Source: Mustelus asterias (Eukaryota). Taken from it: a stretch of 64,000 bases of DNA. Positions 24,213 through 34,532 of the stretch are shown here, piece after piece (position 1 is the first letter of the stretch; every line of letters starts with the position of its first letter). Where the stretch lies: contig NC_135809.1 of assembly GCF_964213995.1 (NCBI RefSeq), positions 32,426,001 to 32,490,000 of the forward strand, given 5' to 3'. Position numbers and translations under genes: made by a program. The notes under the pieces were generated by a model. The model was given only the letters and a program-made list of their open reading frames with translations, ran no database searches and was not told the DNA's origin.

Positions 24213-24915
24213 GGGGGAGAATCTTACCAACATTTCTCCAAGTGCCGGGCCCCGACAGAAAACTGGTGTGAAGTTCTCCAGCTCCACTGACCAGCTTTCT
24301 CTCAAGATTTTGAGCCTCTTGTCAAAACAAATGAGTGGACGTGGTTTACATCATCACTCTGATGAGGCGGGGCCTCATTGACAGCAAGACCGACTCCCAA
24401 TCAGAACAGAAGGTTGACTCCCCCCACCACCACAGATTTATTGGGGGCTCTTCCCACCCCCCCCCGCACAATCATCGGCAACATTCCATCCCCCCCCACC
24501 TCCCCCACAATCCCTTATTTGAAGGGAGGAGATCGTTCTTCCTCTTCCTGCATTGGGCGGCTGTTCTCTTTCCTAGGGCATTAGCGCTCACCACCCCTGC
24601 CACCGCCTCCCATGCTGGATTGGTCACTTTGGGTGAGATTCTTCGCCCACAGCAGGGGTAGAGGACTTTGCCATGTCCAGTAGGTATTCAAGGGAGGTGC
24701 CCTTGATTTGGGGGGCAGCGTGTAGGGGCACCCATTTAATATGGCGCCCAGATTACAGAAGACTTGAGGTCACAACAGGACGGCCAAATCAGAACCTGCC
24801 CCAACAGCGATCTGATTTGAAACTCGTGCCTCTCAACTTTTCCACAAAGTGGCATAAGATACGGCAAGAAAAGCACGATTGGTGTTAGCTGGTCAAATGC
24901 TAATTTTCCCACCGG
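24213..24915. repeat. GC-rich non-autonomous DNA-transposon-like repeat
   Basis: Starts GGGGGAGAATCTTAC, similar to the termini at 38284 and 53796; C-rich interior. Confidence 0.4.
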
Positions 24916-25206
24916 CTTTTGGACTTCGCTAATTTCACCAATAGTCATGGCTATTAAAATACAAAGTGCTGTATATTGAAACAATGGCTGCTACAAACAG
25001 ACCCACCCAAGGCGCCTTGGAAATACACAATGGGTGAAGTATTTCAAGCCAGGCTGCAACCATTGCAGACATTACAAGAAAGTTTTCAGCATAGAAAACT
25101 GGGCTCTCCCCCTCCCTCTCTCATAAAACAAGTGTATTACCCAGTTTGGAAATCAACTTTACTAGAAATCTGCCAGCAAATCAAGATCTCATAATAATTG
25201 CAACAG

Positions 25207-25526
25207 GGGTGGCACAGTGGTTAGAACTGCTACCTCACAGTGTCAGGGACCCAGGTTCAATTCCTGCCTTGGGTGACTGTGTGGAGTTTTCACGTTCTCC
25301 CCATGTCTGCATAGGGTTCCTCTGGGTGCTCTGGTTTCCTCCCACAGTTCAAAGATACGTGGATTAGGTTGATTTGCCATGGTAAATTGTCCCATAATGT
25401 TCGGGGGACTAGTAGGGCAAATGTATGTGGTTATGGGGATAGGGCCTGGGTGGGATTGTGGTCGGTGCAGACTCGATGGGCCAAATGGCCTCCTTCTGCA
25501 CTGTAGGGATTCTATGACTTCTATGA
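25207..25526 (+). mobile_element. HE1-type SINE
   Basis: Head, V core and CR1-like tail. Confidence 0.9.
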
Positions 25527-25550
25527 TCTTCCACATGGAAGATCTTCCAC

Positions 25551-26057
25551 ACGGCATGGTGGCACAGTGGTTAGCGCTGCTGCCTCACAGTGCCAGGGAC
25601 CCAGCTTTGATCTCCAGCTTGGGTCACTGTCTGTTCGGAGTCTACACATTCTCCCTACAGATGGCAGGGTGGGCTCCTGTAACAGACAGAGGTTCACGTC
25701 TGGAGCCTCCACAGTGCCACTGGGGGAGCTGGACTCTGCTGAGGCAGGTCAAAGACCATGAGGGCACCTCATCAGAGGGAGGAATGCCTTGGAAGGTAAA
25801 ATTTGTGCAGTTGAAGGCATTAGGCCCCATGGAAGTGGAGGGAAAATCTTTCCTGGCTGCTACCACGTGGGTTTCCTCCGGGTGCTCCGGTTTCCTCCCA
25901 CAGTCCGAAAGATGTGCTGGCTAGGTGCGTTGGCCATGCTAATTTCTCCCTCGTTGTACCCGAACAGGTGCCGGTGTGTGGCGACTAGGGGATTTTCACA
26001 GTAACTTCATTGCAGTGTTAATGTAAGCCTACTTGGGACATTAATAAATAAAATAAA
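25551..26057 (+). mobile_element. V-SINE with an alternative 3' tail and an internal insert of about 210 bp
   Basis: Same head and core as HE1, but tail ends CAGTAACTTCATTGCAGTGTTAATGTAAGCC...AATAAATAAA; foreign sequence about 25656-25866. Confidence 0.8.
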
Positions 26058-27741
26058 CACATCTGACTGCATCCATGAAACCAGCTAATCTAAATCGGCT
26101 GCAGCATTTAAAACTCTACGCCTCAAAGGACAATCAAGGAACACTTAACCATATATTCTTTTAACTTGTTTTTGTTGGTCTCTAACTCACTCCCCTTTTT
26201 TCTGATACCTGTGTGTATGTGTGACATTGCGTTTCTATTGTTTATTCTCTCAGGTTCAGTGGTGAATAAATTTGCTCTTTCTTTAACTCAAGGAAACCTT
26301 GTTTGATTGGCTCCTTACGACTCACTTAAATTGTTAAATGCAGTTAGATTTGAAAAATGCATATCCTCATGAAAAAGGAACTTAAACCTTTGTTGGAACC
26401 AACCAAGGATGCAGAACAGAAGGGAGCCAGTTCATACCTTGTCACCTGGTTGTAACATCCATTTTGCAGCTTCTTCCCAGGACCACCACATGGAAGCTGG
26501 TGGTGGGATCTGGGAAGTCGATCACGATCCATATGTCCCTTAAAAGAGGTTTAAGGGCATATAATGATGGTATAATTGGGATTTTCAGCCTGATACGCTG
26601 ACAGGGTTCTACTCAGTAATAGAAATCCTCTTGATATAAAGTAGATTTGAATTAATTATATCTTGCAACATTATGTTACTTCCCAATCTTATTTTCGCCA
26701 ATTAAATCAAATGCAGATCTATGAGCTTTCCTTTTATCACTTCCAGTTTTAAATCTCTGAAGTAAACTGACTGTTCTTGAAACAAAGTCCTCGAGTGAAG
26801 ATACATTGCCCATGCAGAAAATGTTGCATATGTGACCTTAATGAGGAGTTTATAGATAAAATAGTGTTTCATCCTATAATTAAATGCACATCAAATGCTT
26901 TCTATTGCCAGATTGTCTTTGTTGATAAGTCTTAGAATGGGCAGAAATGGGTGAATATCTGGCACCTTTCCAAATGTACATCTTCCTTATTTCCTCACTA
27001 TTTTGCATCGGCTTACACGTCTTCACTGTAAATTTGTACTTTCAGTTCCTAACCTCCCTATTTAAAATTATTAGGTCCCATTGTATTTTCTGTCGGCCGC
27101 TCATCTGACCATATAACTTAAAATCACCAGCAAGCATTGTTTTTGCCCACAGGAGCGTTTTGAAGAGAGTTGATGTGAAAGGACCTAGGACAAACCACAG
27201 TGGAACTACATTAATTACGATTTTGCTCTGACAAATCCTCGTCCATTAGTTGTCATTTTGAGACCAAAGCCTAGAAATTTCTGACGGTAATATGAGCAAG
27301 TGAGTGCTTCTCTATCAGCCCTCATCCATCGTCCATCTCCATGACACTGCCCACATGCTTATACTTCTCTGGTAAGGCATTCTCTACCTTTCTCAACATC
27401 ATCGTCTTTGCAATCACCCAATGATCTATCTTCCTTCATTCCCCACATACTGCTCTTTGGTGCTTATAGCTGCAGACACAGAGTTAACCTCCATACTTAC
27501 GTTATTGAAACCCAATGCTACCTCACCTTCACTTCTTTCAACCTATGGCCACTTCTATTTTCTCAGACTGCATTTATCATTAATGCATCACACCATCCTT
27601 CAGCTGACCACCAAAAACTGAAGGAATTACTTAAGCCCTGTCCCCCACCAATTCCGATTCTGGGTCACAGACTCCATCTTCATCCCTGATCATTTACCCA
27701 TACTGAACAAGACCGAGCAACCATTTTACAGGCTGTGAAAA

Positions 27742-28072
27742 ATAGAATAGAATAGATTAGAATCCCTCCAGAGCAGGAGGAGGCCATTTGGCCCATCGAG
27801 CCTACACCGACAACAATCCCACCCAGGCCCTATCCCCATGATCCCAAGCATTTTACCCACTAATCCTCCTGACACTAAGGGGCAATTTAGCATGGACAAT
27901 CAACCTAACCCGCAAACTTTGGAGTGTGGGCAGAAACCAGAGCACCCGGAGGAAACCCACACAGACATGGGGAGAACGTGCAGACTCCGTACAGACACTG
28001 ACCCAAGCCGGGAGTTGAATCTGGGTCCCTGGTGCTGTGAGGCAGCAGTGCTAACCACTGTGCCATCGTGCC
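27742..28072 (-). mobile_element. HE1-type SINE
   Basis: Complete head, core and tail. Confidence 0.9.
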
Positions 28073-28244
28073 AGTGTGGGCAAGCTGTCTGAAACAAAGC
28101 TGGGCTTCAAGCACGACCTTATATCCATCTCCATCACTGCTTATTTCCACTTCCATAGCCTTGTTCACACCCAATTAAGTCTGGGGCGAGCAGGCCCATG
28201 GCCTGAATTCTCATCCAGCCACTAATTGAGGCCTTTAAGTGGTC

Positions 28245-28438
28245 AATTGTCCCTTAGTTCAGGAGGATTAGTAGGTAAAATGCTTGCAGTCATGAGGATA
28301 GGGCCTGGGTGGGATTGCTGTTGGTGCAGGTTTGATGGGCCAAGTGTCCTCCTCCTGCTCTGGAGGGATTCTAATCTATTCTATTCTATTTTTCACAGTC
28401 TGTAAAATAGTTGCTTGGTCTTGTTCAGTTTGAGTAAA
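28245..28438 (+). repeat. Inverted duplicate of 27693-27887 (SINE 3' half plus unique flank)
   Basis: Reverse-complement match continues about 50 bp beyond the SINE tail. Confidence 0.85.
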
Positions 28439-29009
28439 TAATAATCAGTTCAGGGCCTCATCCCACAGCTGCTGGTATTTACCCAATTGCGGACAGGCCT
28501 GCCACCTTATGACATGCATGACAAGTAGACCTGTGCGGGGTCACCCATTTAAAGGCATTCAGTGCTTGATTGAGGTAGCAGGCATCAGCATGGGGGAGCA
28601 GCTGAGAGCCAGCCCTACCCCCATCCTTGCTGCCCATCCCCCCACAACCCCCATGAAGCCCCTCCCACCGTGTGTCTTACCTTGATCCTGGATGGCTCCT
28701 TGAACATGGGTATCCAGTGAATGTCATTCCAGCAGCAGCCACAGCCTCCCAGTGATCGGCTAACAGCTTTCGATGGGAATGGGGTTTTGGCTTCCCGAAT
28801 GTCCATGATTCCAGCGAAGGCCACTTAAATACTTAATACCAGCAGGCCTTCATGGAGGAGGCAACATGGGTCTCCCACAGACTCTCCAGCCAGCAGGCAA
28901 GACCTCCTAAACCTCCACAAAATCCCTCCCAATGCATTTGAACATAGGCAGACAAATATTTGCTTCCCTCAGAACCCATCCAGGCCTGGAGATCTAGTTG
29001 GGAAATATA

Positions 29010-29343
29010 TCATAGAATCATAGAAACCCTACAGTGCAGAAAGAGGCCATTGGGCCCATCAAGTCTGCACCGACCACAATCCCACCCAGGCCCCACATAT
29101 TTACCCACTAATCCCTCTAACCTATGCATCTCAGGACACTAAGGGGCAATTTTAGCATGGCCAATCGACCTAACCCGCACATCTTTGGACTGTGGGAGGA
29201 AACCGGAGCACCCGGAGGAAACCCACGCAGACACGAGGAGAATGTGCAAACTCCACACAGACAGTGACCCAAGCCGGGAATCGAACCCAGGTCCCTGGAG
29301 CTGTGAAGCAGCAGTGCTAACCACTGTGCTACCATGCCGCCCT
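29010..29343 (-). mobile_element. HE1-type SINE, close to consensus
   Basis: Complete head (GGTTCGATTCCC), core and tail. Confidence 0.92.
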
Positions 29344-29346
29344 AAC

Positions 29347-30353
29347 GGGGGGCGATTCTCCCAGCCCACTGTGCTGCTTGAGCATCACAGCGGACCGAGA
29401 GACATCCAACAGGACTGTAGCGGGCCTTGTGTCTGGCCAATCGCGAGTCTCCCAGGCAATGTTATTGAATGTAATCAGCCAGCCCCATGCCGGAATTCAG
29501 CGCGAGGCTGATTACCATATTGAAATTCCAATTTTGATATGATTAGCAAGCCCAGGATAGTAGTCTCCGGGCTCGCGAGTGTCTCTCCCCCAACCCCACC
29601 CCCGGGAGAGGTTCCCACCAGCAGGGATTACAACTGGCCCCATCAACAAGGACCAGGCGTGATCACCCCGCTGGTGGGGACAGAGACCATTGAGGCCGCC
29701 CGGGTGGTCGGGGGTAAGGGGAGTGCCCCTTGGGCTGTGCCAGTCTGGCAGTGCCAGCCTCGCTCCCTGGCACTACTCACTGGGCAATGGGGTAGCGGGG
29801 CCTACTGGAAGGGACAGAGCCTGTTGGGGGAGGGGCTGATCGATGGTGGTGGTGGGGAGGACCCATTCCGTACTCTGCCATAGGATCGGGCAATGGGATT
29901 GGTGGAAGAGGGAAGGAGGAGGAGATTGGGGCTGCAAAAGAGGGGGGAATCGAGGCTGCGCATCATGGGGGAGATCGGGGCTGCACATGGGGAGGAGATT
30001 GGGGCTATACATGGGGGGCTGGTGATTGGGCTGGCTCAGGGGAGGGGGTGTGCAGCAATTGGGTAAGCAGGCGACCGGGTGGGGTGGAAATTTGGAAAGC
30101 CAGAGATCGGAGAAGGAAGCCGGCGATTGGGAGGCTGGTGATGGGGAGGTCAGTGTGTACACACACTGATCTCCCCACTGACAGATCAGCGCATGTGCAG
30201 TGGCCCACTCTGCGCGCTGATATCGCCTCTCCAGTGGGATGAGGCCCAGCACCCCACTTATCGGGGGGAAACCCCCAGAGACACTCTGTGGAGCACAGAG
30301 TACTGGAGATTCCTGAAACTAAGTACGCCCTAAGTACTGGGAGAATCCTGGCC
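29347..30353. repeat. GC-rich non-autonomous DNA-transposon-like element
   Basis: Terminal inverted GATTCTCCCAG / CTGGGAGAATC; segments shared with 31775-31830, 34895-35002, 56736-57345 and 62760-62853. Confidence 0.55.
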
Positions 30354-31079
30354 ATAATATCAAAAGGAAATTCACAACAGCCTGTAGATATTAGAAATGA
30401 GAGTTTGCTTCCACTGCTGTTTTTGAGTACATTATTCTTTGTAAGCTGTATCTGCAGCACGAGGGTGTTTTGTAATGTAGTTGCCTATTACATAAATTGG
30501 TTGTTGTGGATTCCTACGGCAGAGCAAAACAGATCATGCGTGTCTGCAGAAAGATAATTTACTATTTTGCCTTGATGAGTCGCTTTGATCCTTGATTTTA
30601 AGCAAACAAAAGAACATGATGTATTTACGCAATATATTATTCTTACTTAATAAATTTAAACATTTGACAAGCCATTATATTAATGCACACAACAACTTAT
30701 CTCCCGTCGAGGGCTGGTGTGGAATATTGACAGCCTCTAAATGAATTAGTCAGGAGAATTTATTTAACAGTTGCACTATGCTATTTGGAACTAGTGATTT
30801 GCAAAGAAATTGTCCAGTGAAAAGCTGATCTTGCAGTTCGGTAAGAGGATTGTATTTTGCAACCAGCTTTTGTTTCAAAATGGAGCTCTGAAAATCTAAT
30901 AGGTTGGTCACTTGGGAACCAATGTTAACCCTGGCAAGGTTTTGGGTGTTTTCAGCAATGTGGACCAGGTTATTTTAACTTCATGCTCCATTCAGGTTTT
31001 GCTGGTTGATTCTCCCGCCTGTAATGGGTTAGAGAAAGAAAGCAGCAAGGGTTTCTATTTACTTCAACCTGTTTCTGTA

Positions 31080-31400
31080 CGGCACGGTGGCACAGTCGTT
31101 AGCACTGCTGCCTCACAGCGCCAGGGACCCAGGTTCGATTCCCAGCTTGGGTCACTGTCTGTGTGGAGTTTGCACATTCTCCCATGTCTGTGTTTGGGTG
31201 CTCCGGTTTCCTCTCACAGTCCAAAGATGTGCAGGTTAGGTGGATTGGCCATGCTAAATTGCCGCTTAGTGTCGGGGTGGGGGAGGTGAGCTAGGGTAAA
31301 TGCATGGGGTTATGGGGATGGGGCGTAGGTTGGATTGTGGTCAGTGCAGATTCGATGGGCCGAATGGCCTCCTTCTGCACTGTAGGATTCTATGATTCTA
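31080..31400 (+). mobile_element. HE1-type SINE
   Basis: Head, core, GATTCTATGATTCTA tail. Confidence 0.9.
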
Positions 31401-31976
31401 CCTGAGTAATTGAGTAAAAGACAATGGCTTGAATCTTCCAAGCAGCAGCAATCATCATCAAATTCCCCTGAGTGAGGTGCAAAGGTGGGTAAGGTTGGAT
31501 GAGGTGAGCACGTAGATAAGATAAGGTGGTAGGTGGGAGAAGTGGCTGGTGGGAAAGCTGACAGGTAGATGTGGTGGTAGTTAGGTGGGGGTGGGGTGGG
31601 GTGGGGTGGGGGCCACGCGGTGGTCAGGTCAAGTCATGTGGGTAGCCAGATGGTTGGAGGGGTAGTTGGGCTGGAGGGGTGTCAAGGCAAAGGGAGAGTC
31701 AGCTGGTCGGGGGGGGGGGGGGAATTAACTCACCCCCTGGCTGTAACCAGCCAGCCACGCGCTGGAAATTGGCATGAGGCTGATTACCAGATTGAAATTC
31801 CAACTTCGATATGATTAGCAAGGCCAGAATTTTTTAAAATTCATTTGTGGGACATGGGTGTCGCTGGCTGGCCAGCATTTATTGATGTGGAGATGCCGGC
31901 GTTGGACTGGGGTAAACACAGTAAGAGGTTTAACAACACCAGGTTAAAGTCCAACAGGTTTATTTGGTAGCAAAAG

Positions 31977-32021
31977 CCACACAAGCTTTCGGAGCTCTAA
32001 GCCCCTTCTTCAGGTGAGTGG
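31977..32021 (-). ncRNA. Minimal type I hammerhead ribozyme in the Penelope pLTR
   Basis: CAC-CUGAAGA-A-GGGGC/UUAGA/GCUCC-GAAA-GC-UU-GUG. Confidence 0.8.
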
Positions 32022-32209
32022 GAATTCTGTTCACAAACAGAGCTTATAAAGACACAGACTCAATTTACATGAATAATGGTTGGAATGCGAATACTTACAA
32101 CTAATCAAGTCTTTAAGAAACAAAACAATGTGAGTGGAGAGAGCATCAAGACAGGCTAAAAAGATGTGTATTGTCTCCAGACAAGACAGCCAGTGAAACT
32201 CTGTGGGGG

Positions 32210-33067
32210 TTACAGATAGTGTGACATGAACCCAATATCCCGGTTGAGGCCGTCCTCGTGTGTGCGGAACTTGGCTATCAGTTTCTGTTCAGCGACTCTG
32301 CGCCGTCGTGTGTCGCGAAGGCCGCCTTGGAGAACGCTTACCCGAATATCAGAGGCCGAATGCCCGTGACCGCTGAAGTGCTCCCCAACAGGAAGAGAAC
32401 AGTCTTGCCTGGTGATTGTCGAGCGGTGTTCATTCATCCGTTGTCGCAGCGTCTGCATAGTTTCCCCAATGTACCATGCCTCGGGACATCCTTTCTTGCA
32501 GCGTATCAGGTAGACAACGTTGGCCGAGTTGCAAGAGTATGTACCGTGTACCTGGTGGATGGTGTTCTCACGTGAGATGATGGCATCTGTGTCGATGATC
32601 CGGCACGTCTTGCAGAGGTTGCTGTGGCAGGGTTGTGTGGCGTCATGGTCACTGTTCTCCTGAAGGCTGGGTAGTTTGCTGCGGACAATGGTCTGTTTGA
32701 GGTTGTGCGGTTGTTTGAAGGCAAGAAGTGGGGGTGTGGGGATGGCCTTGGCGAGATGTTCGTCTTCATCAATGACATGTTGAAGGCACCAGAGGAGATG
32801 CCGTAGCTTCTCCGCTCCGGGGAAGTACTGGACAACGAAGGGTACTCTGTCCACTGTGTCCCGTGTTTGTCTTCTGAGGAGGTCGGTGCGGTTTTTCGCT
32901 GTGGCGCGTTGGAACTGTTGATCAATGAGTCGAGCGCCATATCCTGTTCTTATGAGGGCATCTTTCAGCGTCTGGAGGTGTCTGTTGCGATCCTCCTCAT
33001 CCGAGCAGATCCTGTATATACGGAGGGCTTGTCCGTAGGGGATGGCTTCTTTAACGTGTTTAGGGTG
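32210..33067 (-). pseudogene. Penelope ORF C-terminal part (RT thumb/linker + GIY-YIG), inverted copy
   Basis: Near-identical to the C-terminus of 33067-34299. Confidence 0.9.
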
Positions 33068-34299
33068 TCTTCACCTTCAACAACCAGTTCTTCATCCAGA
33101 CACACGGAACAGCCATGGGGACCAAATTCGCACCTCAATATGCCAACATCTTCATGCACAGGTTCAAACAAGACTTCTTCACCGCACGGGACCTTCAACC
33201 GATGCTATACACTAGATACATCGATGACATTTTCTTCCTTTGGACTCATGGTGAACAATCACTGAAACAACTCTATGATGACATCAACAAGTTCCATCCC
33301 ACCATCAGACTCACCATAGACTACTCTCCGGAATCGGTTGCATTCTTGGACACACGCATCTCCATTAAGGACGGTCACCTCAGCACCTCACTGTACCGCA
33401 AGCCCACGGATAACCTCACGATGCTCCACTTCTCCAGCTTCCACCCTAAACACGTTAAAGAAGCCATCCCCTACGGACAAGCCCTCTGTATACACAGGAT
33501 CTGCTCGGATGAGGAGGATCGCAACAGACACCTCCAGACGCTGAAAGATGCCCTCATAAGAACAGGATATGGCGCTCGACTCATTGATCAACAGTTCCAA
33601 CGCGCCACAGCGAAAAACCGCACCGACCTCCTCAGAAGACAAACACGGGACACAGTGGACAGAGTACCCTTCGTTGTCCAGTACTTCCCCGGAGCGGAGA
33701 AGCTACGGCATCTCCTCTGGTGCCTTCAACATGTCATTGATGAAGACGAACATCTCGCCAAGGCCATCCCCACACCCCCACTTCTTGCCTTCAAACAACC
33801 GCACAACCTCAAACAGACCATTGTCCGCAGCAAACTACCCAGCCTTCAGGAGAACAGTGACCATGACACCACACAACCCTGCCACAGCAACCTCTGCAAG
33901 ACGTGCCGGATCATCGACACAGATGCCATCATCTCACGTGAGAACACCATCCACCAGGTACACGGTACATACTCTTGCAACTCGGCCAACGTTGTCTACC
34001 TGATACGCTGCAAGAAAGGATGTCCCGAGGCATGGTACATTGGGGAAGCTATGCAGACGCTGCGACAACGGATGAATGAACACCGCTCGACAATCACCAG
34101 GCAAGACTGTTCTCTTCCTGTTGGGGAGCACTTCAGCGGTCACGGGCATTCGGCCTCTGATATTCGGGTAAGCGTTCTCCAAGGCGGCCTTCGTGACAGA
34201 CGACGGCGCAGAGTCGCTGAACAGAAACTGATAGCCAAGTTCCGCACACACGAGGACGGCCTCAACCGGGATATTGGGTTCATGTCACACTATCTGTAA
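33067..34299 (+). CDS. Penelope-like RT + GIY-YIG endonuclease, 5'-truncated but open
   Basis: GTAMGTKFAPQYANIFM, RYIDDIF, linker PCHSNLCKTC (Neptune-type Cys motif), VVYLIRC...WYIGE, RMNEH, GLN. Confidence 0.92.
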   Translation, partial: VFTFNNQFFIQTHGTAMGTKFAPQYANIFMHRFKQDFFTARDLQPMLYTRYIDDIFFLWTHGEQSLKQLYDDINKFHPTIRLTIDYSPESVAFLDTRISIKDGHLSTSLYRKPTDNLTMLHFSSFHPKHVKEAIPYGQALCIHRICSDEEDRNRHLQTLKDALIRTGYGARLIDQQFQRATAKNRTDLLRRQTRDTVDRVPFVVQYFPGAEKLRHLLWCLQHVIDEDEHLAKAIPTPPLLAFKQPHNLKQTIVRSKLPSLQENSDHDTTQPCHSNLCKTCRIIDTDAIISRENTIHQVHGTYSCNSANVVYLIRCKKGCPEAWYIGEAMQTLRQRMNEHRSTITRQDCSLPVGEHFSGHGHSASDIRVSVLQGGLRDRRRRRVAEQKLIAKFRTHEDGLNRDIGFMSHYL

Positions 34300-34486
34300 C
34301 CCCCACAGAGTTTCACTGGCTGTCTTGTCTGGAGACAATACACATCTTTTTAGCCTGTCTTGATGCTCTCTCCACTCACATTGTTTTGTTTCTTAAAGAC
34401 TTGATTAGTTGTAAGTATTCGCATTCCAACCATTATTCATGTAAATTGAGTCTGTGTCTTTATAAGCTCTGTTTGTGAACAGAATT

Positions 34487-34532
34487 CCCACTCACCTGAA
34501 GAAGGGGCTTGCAGCTCCGAAAGCTTGTGTGG
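34487..34532 (+). ncRNA. Minimal type I hammerhead ribozyme in the Penelope pLTR
   Basis: CAC-CUGAAGA-A-GGGGC/UUGCA/GCUCC-GAAA-GC-UU-GUG. Confidence 0.8.

Noticed and set aside
26060-26457. Possible old solo LTR ending TGTAACA (similar hints at 36490-37393)
   Set aside because: No matching 5' end, TSD or second copy found
29270-29343. tRNA genes at SINE heads (A and B boxes)
   Set aside because: They continue into the V core and LINE-like tail, so they are tRNA-derived SINE heads
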